A model generated the notes under the pieces. The model was given only the letters and a program-made list of their open reading frames with translations. It was not told the origin of the DNA and searched no databases. A DNA stretch of 50,198 nucleotides from the sequence record DRR723986_2405; one strand, given 5' to 3'. How positions within the stretch are numbered: the stretch's first letter is position 1; each line of letters opens with the position of its first letter. Shown one piece after another: positions 32,090-42,851 of this stretch. Made by a program: the position numbers and the translations under genes.

Positions 32090-33178
32090 TTATGGCTGGA
32101 CACCTGCATCGACCAATATCTGCGCGATTTGCTCCGGGCTCGCCGCCTCGGTAACCACCGCCTCACCCAGGCCCTGTAAAAGCACCAGGCGCAAGCGCCC
32201 ATCTATCACTTTCTTGTCGCGGCCCATGAATTGCAGGAACTGCGCCACATTCATCGCTGGCGGGGGCGATATTGGCAGACCGGCTTTCACCATTAGCGCA
32301 TTGCCACGGCGCAATACCTCTGCATCCAACCACCCCAGCGATACTGACAAGGCCATTGCCAGCGACATTCCCGCGGCAACCGCCTCGCCGTGCAGCCAGC
32401 TTCCGTAGCCTTCGGCGGTTTCTATTGCGTGGCCAAAAGTGTGCCCGAGATTCAAGATAGCGCGACGCCCGCCTTCTCTCTCGTCTTCAGCGACCACTTT
32501 GGCTTTGTTTTCACAGCTGCGAAACACCGCCTCAGCCAGGGCCTCGCCATCGCGAGCCATCAGTGCATCGATATTTTGCTCTAACCACTCAAAGAAAGGC
32601 GCGTCGCAGATGAGCCCGTACTTGATCACCTCAGCGATACCCGCCGCGTATTCGCGCTCTGGCAAGCTGTCCAACAAACTCAGATCGGCCACCACACACT
32701 CAGGCTGGTGAAAGGCACCAATCATGTTTTTACCGAGCGGATGGTTAACGCCCGTCTTCCCTCCAACAGAGGAGTCAACCATCGCTAACAGCGTAGTTGG
32801 CAGCTGAATAAAAGCGACGCCTCGCTGGTAACTCGCTGCTGCGAAACCGCACATATCTCCTACGACACCGCCACCCAGGGCGATCAGCGTAGTGCTGCGG
32901 TTGTGGTTATCGGTGAGCAGGCGATCAAAAACGGTGGCCATAACATCCAGCGTCTTATTCGCTTCGCCGTCGGGCAGAACCACCGTGGAGAGTTGCTTGC
33001 CTTCAAGCTGGCTAGCAACTGCATCGAGGTAGAGGGGAGCCACACGATCATTGCTAACAACACAGGCCTGCTTGCCGCCTATGTAGCGCTGCCAGTCCAG
33101 GCCTTCGCCGGCCAGTAAATCGCGACCAATGAAAATAGGGTAGCTGCGCTCACCCAGCGACACCTGAAGCTGCTTCAT
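32090..33178 (-). CDS. aroB: 3-dehydroquinate synthase
   Basis: GGGVVGD, PTTLLAMVDSSVGGKTG and LNLGHTFGHAIE motifs. Confidence 0.97.
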   Translation of the reverse strand: MKQLQVSLGERSYPIFIGRDLLAGEGLDWQRYIGGKQACVVSNDRVAPLYLDAVASQLEGKQLSTVVLPDGEANKTLDVMATVFDRLLTDNHNRSTTLIALGGGVVGDMCGFAAASYQRGVAFIQLPTTLLAMVDSSVGGKTGVNHPLGKNMIGAFHQPECVVADLSLLDSLPEREYAAGIAEVIKYGLICDAPFFEWLEQNIDALMARDGEALAEAVFRSCENKAKVVAEDEREGGRRAILNLGHTFGHAIETAEGYGSWLHGEAVAAGMSLAMALSVSLGWLDAEVLRRGNALMVKAGLPISPPPAMNVAQFLQFMGRDKKVIDGRLRLVLLQGLGEAVVTEAASPEQIAQILVDAGVQP

Positions 33179-33231
33179 GGAATTGCCCGATATTGTTAGT
33201 GGAAAGAGGTAGGCGGGAAATTATATCAGCA

Positions 33232-33762
33232 TCACGACGACAGGTCGCCGCTGCGAATTTTTTCGACCAACTCTTGCACGACTGTGCGTGGGCTTCGCTG
33301 ATCAGTGGTAATACTGTAGTCAGCCAACTGCAAATAGAGGGGCTCTCGTTCGGCCATTAAGCGCCTAAGCGTCTCCTCTGGATTACCCTGCTGAAGCAAG
33401 GGCCGCTTGCGGTCTTTCGCTGTGCGCCGAATTTGTTCGTCAACCGAGGTGCGAAGATAAACAACCGTACCCCGCGTCATCATCAATGCGCGATTATCAT
33501 CGCGCAGCACCGCACCACCACCGGTAGAAACTACCGCTCCAGGACTGTCACTGAGGTCGCTAAGCATCTGCGCCTCACGCTCGCGAAAGCCTTCCTCGCC
33601 TTCCATGTCGAATATCCAGGGTATGTCTACCCCGGCTCGCTCTTCAATTTCTCGATCGACGTCGTAGAATTCCATGTTCAGGCTGTCAGCCAGCAGCTTA
33701 CCAATGGTGCTCTTCCCTGCCCCCATTGGCCCGACTAAATATATAACTTCCGTTTTCCGCAT
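33232..33762 (-). CDS. aroK: Shikimate kinase
   Basis: GPMGAGKST, GEEGFRERE, STGGG and RPLL motifs. Confidence 0.97.
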   Translation of the reverse strand: MRKTEVIYLVGPMGAGKSTIGKLLADSLNMEFYDVDREIEERAGVDIPWIFDMEGEEGFREREAQMLSDLSDSPGAVVSTGGGAVLRDDNRALMMTRGTVVYLRTSVDEQIRRTAKDRKRPLLQQGNPEETLRRLMAEREPLYLQLADYSITTDQRSPRTVVQELVEKIRSGDLSS

Positions 33763-33769
33763 TGCTCCA

Positions 33770-35977
33770 TCAATCTATCAAACTGTCCGCGAGTATCCGT
33801 GGAGTAATAAAAATAAGTGTTTCCTGCTTCTCGCGAGTCACACTGGTAGATTTAAACAGACGCCCCAGGAAGGGGATATCGCCCAGGAAGGGTACCTTCG
33901 TTACGGTTTCAACATCCAGCTGATCGTAGACGCCGCCCAAAACAACGGTTTCACCATTGCTGACCAAAACGCGCGTCTGCAATTCGGTAGTGTCAATGGT
34001 CGGCACCTGACCACCAAGACCGGTCGCGATCACCAGATCCCCTACCGTATCCTGATTAATGATCAAATCCATAATAATTCGGTCGTCAGGCGTAATAATT
34101 GGCGTGACATCCAGCTTCAGCACCGCTTCTTTGAAGGCAATCGTTGTTTCACCGCTGGCCGAACTCTCTGGGTAGGGAATTTCGGTACCCGCTTTGATAA
34201 TGGCGGGCTCCTTATCGCCGGTGACGATGCGCGGCTGGGAGACAACTTCACCGCGGCCCTTCGACTCCAGTGCAGAAAGCTCCAAGTTCAGCAACACATC
34301 AGAGCCGATATAACCCAGGGCAAAGGAGCCCGCTGCACCGGCAACACCCAGATCTGTCACCAAACCGGGGACGGCGTCAAAGCTATTTGAGCCGCTCACC
34401 AAGGCGTCGACAAAATTATTTCGTGTGGCCTGATCACTCTCCAAATCACCATTTGCAGAATAAATTTCATTGCCTTTCTGCTTCACGTAGGCGCCGCCCC
34501 AACGCACACCCAGAGCGCGATCGAAGTCGGATGAAGCGCGAACAATACGCGCCTCAATTTGTACTTGGCGCACCGGCACATCAATCAGCGCCACCAAACG
34601 GCGAAACTCTTCAAGTCGATCCGCGGTCTCCGTAATCAACAGAGAATTGGTGCGTTCATCGACAATAACATTCCCGCGCGGCGACAAAATGCTCTTGGCA
34701 GAACCCTCGCCGCTACCACCGTCGCCATCACCTTCGTTTTTAAATAGCTTGAAGAGTTCTGAGGCATCCGCATAGCGAATACGAATAAATTCACTCTGTA
34801 GCGGGGCCAGCTCCTCGACCTGTTTCTGCGCCTCAATCTCCTGACGCTCGCGCTCGGCGATCTCAGCCGCAGGCGCCACCATCAGCACGTTGCCAACCTG
34901 GCGCTTGTCTAAGCCCTTTGTTTTCAGAACTAACTCCAGCGCTTGGTCCCAAGGCACATTCTGCAAGCGCAGGGTGATATTCCCCTTTACGGTGTCACTG
35001 GCCACCAGGTTGAGTTCAGTGAAGTCGGCAATCAACTGCAGAACCGAGCGCACCTCAATGTCCTGGAAGTTGAGCGACAGCTTTTCGCCGACAAAGGCAA
35101 ATTCTTTGCGACGCTCTTCCACCTCTGCCTTTGTCAGCGGCTTGACGCTAACCACATACTCATTGTCGGTTTGGTAGGCGAGATAGTCATACTCTCCACG
35201 CGCATCCAGCGATAACTTCGCGCCCTTCTCCCCCATGCGCGCGTCTATCAATTTAACCGGCGTGGCGAAATCAGCCACGTCGAAACGTCGCTGAAGGCTC
35301 TCTGGGAGTGCAACACCACTAAAATCAATTTTGATTCGCGGCCCTTCGACAAAGACATTAATGTCCGCCTTGTCGTCAGCCAGCTTAATGACTAAACGGC
35401 CTTCACCGGCATCGCCGCGGCGAAAATCCAGGTCAGTGATGCGATTGCCGCTCGCTTTAGGAGCGGCTTCAGCCATCGACAAAACAGGGTTGTTATACTT
35501 TTCCTTGAGGTAGGCCTTGCTGCCGCCGCCACCTACCGCGACGACCAACTCGTTCCCTTCCACTCGCGTTTCGTAGGGCGCCAGGCTGACTAAGTTCAGT
35601 ACCACGCGGGTGCGATCCCGCCCCTCCAGCACAATGGCACTGCTGGCATTGTCATACGCCAGCGGAAATTTTTTCTGGTCGAGCTGATTCTTTGCACCAA
35701 TCAAGTCCAATGCAATGCGCGCAGGCTTTTCAATGGTGTAGCCCTTCACTTCGGGCGCAGCGCCATCAAACTGGAAGCGCGCCTCAAAGCGGCCGCCCTC
35801 CAGGGCATTGAATTCCACATCAGTCAGATTCGATGCCGACACAGCGGCCGACGCGAGCAGGGATATCAGCAGTAAACACTGGCCCATAAGTGCGCGATGG
35901 CCTCGCGCCATGTACTGCACGGCGAGGTGCTTCTGCGTTCGGGTTTTCATGAATCTCTCCGCCTCTCGAATTCTCAC
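33770..35977 (-). CDS. pilQ: Type IV pilus secretin
   Basis: AMIN domains, LSLNFQDIEVRSVLQ and KVPFLGDIPFLGRLF. The start may be ATG 35950. Confidence 0.96.
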   Translation of the reverse strand: MRIREAERFMKTRTQKHLAVQYMARGHRALMGQCLLLISLLASAAVSASNLTDVEFNALEGGRFEARFQFDGAAPEVKGYTIEKPARIALDLIGAKNQLDQKKFPLAYDNASSAIVLEGRDRTRVVLNLVSLAPYETRVEGNELVVAVGGGGSKAYLKEKYNNPVLSMAEAAPKASGNRITDLDFRRGDAGEGRLVIKLADDKADINVFVEGPRIKIDFSGVALPESLQRRFDVADFATPVKLIDARMGEKGAKLSLDARGEYDYLAYQTDNEYVVSVKPLTKAEVEERRKEFAFVGEKLSLNFQDIEVRSVLQLIADFTELNLVASDTVKGNITLRLQNVPWDQALELVLKTKGLDKRQVGNVLMVAPAAEIAERERQEIEAQKQVEELAPLQSEFIRIRYADASELFKLFKNEGDGDGGSGEGSAKSILSPRGNVIVDERTNSLLITETADRLEEFRRLVALIDVPVRQVQIEARIVRASSDFDRALGVRWGGAYVKQKGNEIYSANGDLESDQATRNNFVDALVSGSNSFDAVPGLVTDLGVAGAAGSFALGYIGSDVLLNLELSALESKGRGEVVSQPRIVTGDKEPAIIKAGTEIPYPESSASGETTIAFKEAVLKLDVTPIITPDDRIIMDLIINQDTVGDLVIATGLGGQVPTIDTTELQTRVLVSNGETVVLGGVYDQLDVETVTKVPFLGDIPFLGRLFKSTSVTREKQETLIFITPRILADSLID

Positions 35978-36501
35978 TTACCGCTACTCAGCTCTAAAGA
36001 GCGCGGCCGTTCCACCCAGCCTTCTCCGCCGGTGGAAACAATTTCAACAACCGAAATAAAGTTGTCGCCAACTTTCATAATCTTGCCGTGGTTGCGGCCC
36101 AAATAATTATTCTCTTTGACTCGGTGTACACCACCATCGGGGGTTTTCATCAGCGCCCACAACACCTTGTTCAAGCGCACCGTGCCAACCATTTTCAACG
36201 CATCGATAGAGAAGCTTTCTAAATATTCGCGCTCACGCTCTAGATTGGGCTTCACATTGGAGGATGCTTCCAGTCGCGCAATTTCTTTTACGTCCACGGG
36301 CTGCGTGAAGGGGCCACGCAAGCCAGATGCGGTGTAGGTAAAGGCACGATAAGCCTGCAGGGCGGGAATCGGCTCAATAACACCACTGGGCGCTGCACGC
36401 TTTTCGGCGACGAAGGCATCAATATCGGCGTATTGCCCGCTGTTGCTGCATGCCAGTAGCGTCGTGGACAGCACAGGTATGGCGAGCCGTAAATATCTCA
36501 T
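35974..36501 (-). CDS. pilP: Type IV pilus lipoprotein PilP
   Basis: Lipobox LLAC; REYLESF, YLGRNHG and WVER motifs; operon position. Confidence 0.94.
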   Translation of the reverse strand: MRYLRLAIPVLSTTLLACSNSGQYADIDAFVAEKRAAPSGVIEPIPALQAYRAFTYTASGLRGPFTQPVDVKEIARLEASSNVKPNLEREREYLESFSIDALKMVGTVRLNKVLWALMKTPDGGVHRVKENNYLGRNHGKIMKVGDNFISVVEIVSTGGEGWVERPRSLELSSGK

Positions 36502-37124
36502 TACGATCCCCCGTCAATTTCTTTGTAGCGATACGTTTTCGCGGTGATCGACATGCTTTGGGTGCCAAGCTGCTTGTTCGTTTTGATTTTGTAATCGTGG
36601 AGCGTCACGATTCTCGGCAAGCTCGCAATACCGCTCACAAAGGCCGCCAAATCGTGGTAGGTGCCCTCCACTTCGATGGCGATGGGCAGCTCAATATAAA
36701 ATTCTTGCGTACGCTCCGGCTGCAGCTTAATGCTGTCAATTTCCAAGCCGTTATCCACGGCTTTTTCGGTCATATCCTCAAGCAAGCCTGGCACTTCGGT
36801 ATCGGCCGGCAGCTGACCCAGCAAAATACCAAATGACTCTTCCATTTCCGCCATTTGTTTTTTAAGCGGTTCGAGCTTCGCCGCTTTAAATGCTTTTTTC
36901 TCGAATTCTGTTTTTAGCTTCGCTTCCTTAGCAACCGCATTGTCCAGCTCCACTCGCAAGTCGGCAATCACATAAAAATAGCCGCCTACCAATACCAGCA
37001 CAAAGGCCAGCACCCAGAGCGCAGCGCGAACCAGTACCGGCCACGCACCAATATTGCCCTCGTTGATATCGTTGATATCAAACTGTTTGACCTCGTCAAC
37101 CCACTCCTGCCACTGCACGGCCAT
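36501..37124 (-). CDS. pilO: Type IV pilus assembly protein PilO
   Basis: QLPADTEVPGLLED, FYIELPI and LPRIVTLHD motifs. Confidence 0.95.
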   Translation of the reverse strand: MAVQWQEWVDEVKQFDINDINEGNIGAWPVLVRAALWVLAFVLVLVGGYFYVIADLRVELDNAVAKEAKLKTEFEKKAFKAAKLEPLKKQMAEMEESFGILLGQLPADTEVPGLLEDMTEKAVDNGLEIDSIKLQPERTQEFYIELPIAIEVEGTYHDLAAFVSGIASLPRIVTLHDYKIKTNKQLGTQSMSITAKTYRYKEIDGGS

Positions 37125-37127
37125 CTC

Positions 37128-37688
37128 TTATTTCTCCTTCTCAGGGGAAGGGGCGCTGATACGGAAGGAAAGCTTGAAGTTGCTCGCCTGATCACCGTAT
37201 TCCTCTGCTGCCTTCACCGCCGTGAGGTTTGGCTCGGAAAACCAGCTGGAAGCGTCTAATTTACGCATCAGGCTCGACACCCGGTTATTCGACTCTGCAA
37301 TACCTTCAGCATCGATGCGATTGCCGGAGCGAACCACAGAGGTAAAGAACAGGCCGTCGGGTAGCGTGCGAACCATCTCATCAAAAACCCGCACAATTAA
37401 CGGGCGCGTGCCCTGAAGGTTTTGGATAATATTCATCCTGTCGAGCAGCTGTTGTCTGCGCAGCTCCAGATCACGAATTTCAGCCACCTCTTTGTTTATG
37501 CGTTTTATGTGGCTTTGCAAATACTGATTACGGCCTTCCTGGCCGCTAATGGCGCTGTTAAAAATACTCATCGTCAGCATGATCAGCAGTGCGGCAACCG
37601 CCACCGAGGCACCCAGAATAATTACAAACTGCTTCTTGATTAGCTGGCGGCGCTCTTCACGCCAGGGCAAAAGGTTAATATTCGCCAT
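37128..37688 (-). CDS. pilN: Type IV pilus assembly protein PilN
   Basis: MANINLLPWREE start at 37688; AESNNRVS motif. Confidence 0.95.
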   Translation of the reverse strand: MANINLLPWREERRQLIKKQFVIILGASVAVAALLIMLTMSIFNSAISGQEGRNQYLQSHIKRINKEVAEIRDLELRRQQLLDRMNIIQNLQGTRPLIVRVFDEMVRTLPDGLFFTSVVRSGNRIDAEGIAESNNRVSSLMRKLDASSWFSEPNLTAVKAAEEYGDQASNFKLSFRISAPSPEKEK

Positions 37689-38755
37689 CAGTCGAAACTC
37701 CTCAGCGCCAAACCGCAAGCCACCAGCATGGCAGGAGCATCATTGCTCAAGCGCATGGCATCGACTCCTGAGGCAATCGCCATATTGGCAAAGGGGTTCG
37801 CAACCACCGTATTTACGCCCAGGCGCTCTTCGACCATTTCAGCCAAACCCTGCATCGCGGCAACGCCGCCGGCGAGTAAAATAGTATCAACAGCACTGTA
37901 TTGACTCGCCGAAAAGAAGAATTGCAAAGACCTCGAAACCTGCTGAATGGCGGCTTCTTTAAAGGGCGCCAGCACCTCACTGTCGTAGTCATCCGACAGG
38001 CCGCCCTGTTTCTTGGCCAATCCCGCCTCTTCGGCACTCAAGCCGTAGCGACGCTGAATTTCCTCGGTGAGCTGACGACCGCCGAACACTTGGTCGCGCG
38101 TGTATACCGTCTCACCATCGACGATCACGCTTAGCGAGGTCATGCTCGCGCCGATGTCGACGATCGCGACAACGGTATTTTCATCCACGCCAATCTGCGG
38201 TGCCATCAGCTCAAAGCTGCGCTCCACCGCGTAGGCCTCAACGTCCATCACCTTCGGCTCCAGACCACCGATCTCCAGCGCTTCAACACGATTATCGACG
38301 TTGTCCCGGCGGCAGGCCACCAGCATGACCTCGACTTGATCCGGCTCGTCCTCGGCAACATCGACAACCTCGAAGTCCAGCGCCACCTCATCGAGCGGAT
38401 AGGGGATGTATTGATCAGCTTCCAGGGAGATTTCCGCCTCCATGGCGTTATCATTCATATCAGCGGACATTCGCAGCATTTTGGTAATCACCGCAGACCC
38501 GGGCACAGCGGCCGCGGCCCTGGTCACCTTACTCCGAGAGCGGTTGAATACGGCCTTAATGACTTCACCGACGGCTTCGACCTCAACCACATTTTTTTCA
38601 ACCACGGACTGAGGCGGCAGCGACATTACGGCGTAGCTTTCAACGCGAAGTTTTTCCCCGCTACGACTCAACTCCAGCACTTTTACCGCACTGGAACTGA
38701 TATCTACACCGAGCAAATTGCGAGATTTTTGACCGCCTAACAAGCCATCTAGCAC
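37688..38755 (-). CDS. pilM: Type IV pilus assembly ATP-binding protein PilM
   Basis: LGVDISSSAVK, VDIGAS and ACGLALRSFD motifs. Confidence 0.96.
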   Translation of the reverse strand: MLDGLLGGQKSRNLLGVDISSSAVKVLELSRSGEKLRVESYAVMSLPPQSVVEKNVVEVEAVGEVIKAVFNRSRSKVTRAAAAVPGSAVITKMLRMSADMNDNAMEAEISLEADQYIPYPLDEVALDFEVVDVAEDEPDQVEVMLVACRRDNVDNRVEALEIGGLEPKVMDVEAYAVERSFELMAPQIGVDENTVVAIVDIGASMTSLSVIVDGETVYTRDQVFGGRQLTEEIQRRYGLSAEEAGLAKKQGGLSDDYDSEVLAPFKEAAIQQVSRSLQFFFSASQYSAVDTILLAGGVAAMQGLAEMVEERLGVNTVVANPFANMAIASGVDAMRLSNDAPAMLVACGLALRSFD

Positions 38756-38925
38756 TGTTATTTTCCTATTTACATCGTGGACTTAGGGCGAATTCTTATA
38801 TGCAAGATTAAATACCAGTGTATACCATTGCGCAAATAGTTATGAAAAAAATACCCGGATAGTGTCACAGATTTGGGTATCCTATTGTCCGCGTTTTAAA
38901 AGCCCATTGGCATAACTGGAAAAAT

Positions 38926-41391
38926 ATGGCTCGCACTACTTCGCTGTTACGTTCTTTTAGCCTTCTGGCACTCCTTGGTGCCTGTGGCGCTGTCATGGTG
39001 TTCTGCGCCGCCTTCCTGTACATAGCGCCACGGCTCCCCGAGGCGGAAAAATTACGCGATGTCGAGCTGCAAACACCTCTGCGTATATATAGCAGAGACG
39101 GCCAGATTATCGGTGAATTCGGCGAAAAACGCCGCTCACCGGTCAGCATTCAAGAAGTCCCCGACACATTCATCAAGGCGTTTCTGGCCGCCGAGGACGA
39201 CCGCTTCTACCAACACCGCGGCGTCGACCTCACCAGTTTGCTGCGCGCGGCATCGCAGTTGATCACCAGCGGCAGCATTCAAACCGGCGGCTCGACCATT
39301 ACCATGCAAGTCGCAAAGAACTACTTTTTGAGCCAAGAGCGCACCTTCACGCGTAAATTCACCGAAATTTTTCTCGCCATCGAAATAGAGCGCAAACTCA
39401 GCAAAGGCGACATCCTCGAGCTCTACCTCAACAAAATCTTTCTCGGCAACCACTCCTATGGCATCGAGGCCGCCGCGCAAACTTATTACGGCAAGTCCAT
39501 TAAGGAACTCAGCCTTGCCCAAATGGCAATGATCGCCGGACTACCCAAAGCGCCATCGGCCTACAACCCTGTTGCCAACCCAGAGCGAGCCCGGATTCGC
39601 CGAAACTGGATACTCGGCCGAATGTTTGCGCTGGGCTATATCAACCAAGCCGATTACCAAGCGGCTAAACAGCAAAACATCACCGCCCGCCGACACGGTA
39701 CACAACTCGACGTCAGTGCCGCCTACGCCGCCGAAATGGTCCGCGTCGAAATGCTGAAACGCTATGGCCGCGATGCCTATGAAAACGGCTACAGCGTTAT
39801 CACCAGCGTCGACAGCACCCTACAAACTGCCGCAAACCAGGCCGTTATAAACGGCGTTATCGAATACGATCGTCGCCACGGTTATCGGGGCCCTGAACAA
39901 CAATGGCCGCTCCCCGCCGATTTCAACGAACAACAGCGCGAGCACTTTAGCGACAAGCTTCGCGACATTGGCGCCATCGGCCCCTGGCACCCGGCCCTTG
40001 TTCTCCACATAGAGAGCCAGAGCGCAACATTCTTACTCGCCACCGGCGAGCAAACCACCCTCGACTGGGAGCAGGGTTTTGCCGGCAGCGTTCGGTATAT
40101 TAATGAAGACCGAAATAGCTACGAAGTGGAATCCGTAGATGAACTTATCGCCCCTGGCGACGTTGTCAGACTGCGCATGAGCTCATCACTCCCCAAGCGC
40201 TGGATTTTTTCACAGCTACCCGCCATTCAGGGAGCGTTGGTTTCACTGGACGCAGACACCGGCGCCATTCTCAGTTTGGTCGGCGGCTACAGCTATCAGC
40301 GAAGCTCATTCAACCGCGTCACCCAGGCTGCCCGGCAACCAGGTTCAGCGTTTAAACCCTTTATTTACACCGCCGCACTGGCCAATGGCTTTACACCAGC
40401 AAGCATCATCAATGATGCCCCCATCGTATTCGACGACGCCTCACTGGGGGGAACGTGGCGCCCGAGCAACTCCAACGGCAAATTTAACGGCCCAATGCGA
40501 CTGCGCAAAGCCTTGTACCTGTCCAGGAACCTGGTATCGATTCGACTTTTACGAGAGCTGGGAATCAATACCGCCATCGACTACGTCTCCCGCTTTGGCT
40601 TCGACGGCGGCACCCTCCCAAGAGACCTCTCTCTTGCGTTGGGCAGCCACTCACTGACGCCTCTCGACGTGGTTACTGGCTACGCCACGTTTGCCAACGG
40701 CGGCTATAAGGTGTCGCCGTGGCTGATAGAACAAATCATCGACCGCGATGGCAACACTCTTTACCGCGCTGAACCGAAAGTCGCCTGCCGCAACTGCGAA
40801 GCCGGCCTGGACAGGCTCGACGACATCGATAGCATGGTGGAAGCAGATTCTTTGGATGACCTCCATGCCGACACCGCTGCCGGCCAGCAGGACTTGGCAG
40901 AGAGAGTGATCGACGAGGAAGTTGTCTTCCTTATCGACAGCATTCTCAAGGACGTTATATCACGCGGCACCGGGCGCAAAGCCCGAGTCCTAAAACGCGG
41001 CGATGCCGCTGGCAAGACGGGAACCACAAACGGGCCAACCGACGCCTGGTTCTCTGGCTACAGCAGCGGCGTGGTCACCTCCACATGGGTCGGCTTCGAC
41101 CAAAACCAGAAGCTGGGCCGCCGCGAGTACGGTGGCTCTGTTGCCCTGCCAATCTGGATCGACTATATGAAAGTCGCACTGCAGGGCCGCCAGGAGCGCT
41201 ACCTAAAACAACCCGAGGGTATCGTGTCGGTGCGTATTGACCCGGAAACCGGCACCCTGGCCGCGCCGGGGCAGAGCAATGCAATCTTTGAATACTTCCG
41301 GGCAGAGAATGCGCCCACTACCGTGAACACAAGCAGCGGTGGCAGCAGCCCTTATGGAGAAGACAGCGGCGAGCCGATAGAGCTGTTCTAA
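38926..41391 (+). CDS. mrcA: Penicillin-binding protein 1A
   Basis: Transglycosylase motifs EDDRF and GGSTITMQ; transpeptidase motifs SAFK, SRN and KTG; divergent from pilM. Confidence 0.96.
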   Translation: MARTTSLLRSFSLLALLGACGAVMVFCAAFLYIAPRLPEAEKLRDVELQTPLRIYSRDGQIIGEFGEKRRSPVSIQEVPDTFIKAFLAAEDDRFYQHRGVDLTSLLRAASQLITSGSIQTGGSTITMQVAKNYFLSQERTFTRKFTEIFLAIEIERKLSKGDILELYLNKIFLGNHSYGIEAAAQTYYGKSIKELSLAQMAMIAGLPKAPSAYNPVANPERARIRRNWILGRMFALGYINQADYQAAKQQNITARRHGTQLDVSAAYAAEMVRVEMLKRYGRDAYENGYSVITSVDSTLQTAANQAVINGVIEYDRRHGYRGPEQQWPLPADFNEQQREHFSDKLRDIGAIGPWHPALVLHIESQSATFLLATGEQTTLDWEQGFAGSVRYINEDRNSYEVESVDELIAPGDVVRLRMSSSLPKRWIFSQLPAIQGALVSLDADTGAILSLVGGYSYQRSSFNRVTQAARQPGSAFKPFIYTAALANGFTPASIINDAPIVFDDASLGGTWRPSNSNGKFNGPMRLRKALYLSRNLVSIRLLRELGINTAIDYVSRFGFDGGTLPRDLSLALGSHSLTPLDVVTGYATFANGGYKVSPWLIEQIIDRDGNTLYRAEPKVACRNCEAGLDRLDDIDSMVEADSLDDLHADTAAGQQDLAERVIDEEVVFLIDSILKDVISRGTGRKARVLKRGDAAGKTGTTNGPTDAWFSGYSSGVVTSTWVGFDQNQKLGRREYGGSVALPIWIDYMKVALQGRQERYLKQPEGIVSVRIDPETGTLAAPGQSNAIFEYFRAENAPTTVNTSSGGSSPYGEDSGEPIELF

Positions 41392-41412
41392 AGGCGCCGC
41401 AGCGAGGCAGCG

Positions 41413-42774
41413 TTACATTGCCTCGATAGCCTCGGCAAGCGTGCTGACCGCGACGACATCCATTGCGATATCGCCGCGGGGAGCATTCGCCTTAGGCACG
41501 ATAGCGCGGCTAAAGCCGTGCTTTTTCGCTTCCTGAAGGCGCTCTTGCCCACTGGGCACAGGGCGAATTTCCCCCGACAAGCCCACCTCGCCAAAAACGA
41601 CCAAGTCTTCGGGCAAGGCGCGGTCGCGAAAACTCGATACGATGGCGAACAACAGCGCCAAGTCAGCCCCGGTCTCCAGCACCTTGACGCCACCAACCAC
41701 ATTGACGAACACGTCCTGATCGCCGAGCTGCAATCCTCCGTGACGGTGAAGCACCGCCAGCAACATCGCCAAGCGGTTCTGCTCTAACCCCACCGCAACA
41801 CGACGGGGATTGCCGTAATTACTTTCATCCACCAGCGCCTGGATCTCTACCAACAGAGGACGAGTGCCCTCCCACACCACCATCACCACGCTGCCCGCCG
41901 CCTGCACATCACCGCGATTCAGGAAAATCGCCGACGGGTTCTTAACCTCTTTCAGGCCCTGCTCGGTCATGGCAAACACGCCCAGCTCATTCACCGCGCC
42001 AAAGCGGTTTTTATGGCCGCGCAGGGTGCGATAACGGCTGTCACTGCCGCCCTCAAACATAATCGAGCAATCAATGATGTGCTCCAACACCTTCGGGCCA
42101 GCCAGCGCACCGTCTTTGGTCACATGACCCACCATAATCAACACCGTATTGGTCTGCTTGGCAAAGCGCGTTAACGCCGCGGCGCACTCTCGAACCTGGG
42201 AAACACTGCCGGGCGCCGAACTCACCTGCTCGCTATGCAATACCTGAATCGAGTCGACCACCAACACCGACGGCCGGTGCTGATTCGCCTGCGCCAATAC
42301 CGCCTCCAGACTGGTTTCGGAGTACAGCTGCAACTCCTCTGCCGACAAGCCAAGGCGGCGTGCACGCAAGGCCACTTGCTGCAGTGACTCCTCCCCGGTG
42401 ACGTACAAACAGCGGCTGCGCGCCGCCAAGCGGCACAGCACCTGTAACAACAAGGTGCTCTTCCCCGCCCCGGGGTGACCGCCAAGCAGTACCGCCGAAC
42501 CCGGTACAAAGCCACCGCCGAGCACCCGGTCCAGCTCTTCAAAGCCGCTGGCAATTCGCGGTAAATCCTCTATTTGAACGCTCGACAGACTTTGCAGTTC
42601 GCCAACAGCGCCGGCATAGCCCTGGCGCCCAGCAGGCGCCGAGGCGGCACCTGCCGCAGCCAAGCGCACCTCGGTAAGCGTATTCCAGGCGCCACAGTCC
42701 TGACACTGCCCTTGCCACTTGCGATGGTCGGAACCGCAATCACTACAAACATAGGCTGTTTTGGCCTTCGCCAT
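41413..42774 (-). CDS. radA: DNA repair protein RadA/Sms
   Basis: CSDC/CQDC zinc finger, GHPGAGKS Walker A, KNRFG motif and a Lon-like C-terminus. Confidence 0.97.
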   Translation of the reverse strand: MAKAKTAYVCSDCGSDHRKWQGQCQDCGAWNTLTEVRLAAAGAASAPAGRQGYAGAVGELQSLSSVQIEDLPRIASGFEELDRVLGGGFVPGSAVLLGGHPGAGKSTLLLQVLCRLAARSRCLYVTGEESLQQVALRARRLGLSAEELQLYSETSLEAVLAQANQHRPSVLVVDSIQVLHSEQVSSAPGSVSQVRECAAALTRFAKQTNTVLIMVGHVTKDGALAGPKVLEHIIDCSIMFEGGSDSRYRTLRGHKNRFGAVNELGVFAMTEQGLKEVKNPSAIFLNRGDVQAAGSVVMVVWEGTRPLLVEIQALVDESNYGNPRRVAVGLEQNRLAMLLAVLHRHGGLQLGDQDVFVNVVGGVKVLETGADLALLFAIVSSFRDRALPEDLVVFGEVGLSGEIRPVPSGQERLQEAKKHGFSRAIVPKANAPRGDIAMDVVAVSTLAEAIEAM

Positions 42775-42795
42775 ACTTTGTGCTCCGCTGCTGTG

Positions 42796-42825
42796 CTGAC
42801 AGAACAGGCGACTAGCCCGTACAAT
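42796..42825 (+). promoter_or_regulatory. Putative sigma70 promoter for the DnaT-like/P-like gene pair
   Basis: CTGACA-N18-TACAAT, followed by a GAGGA RBS before ATG 42852. Confidence 0.55.
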
Positions 42826-42851
42826 ACTCTGCCAAGCGAGGATAATGATTC

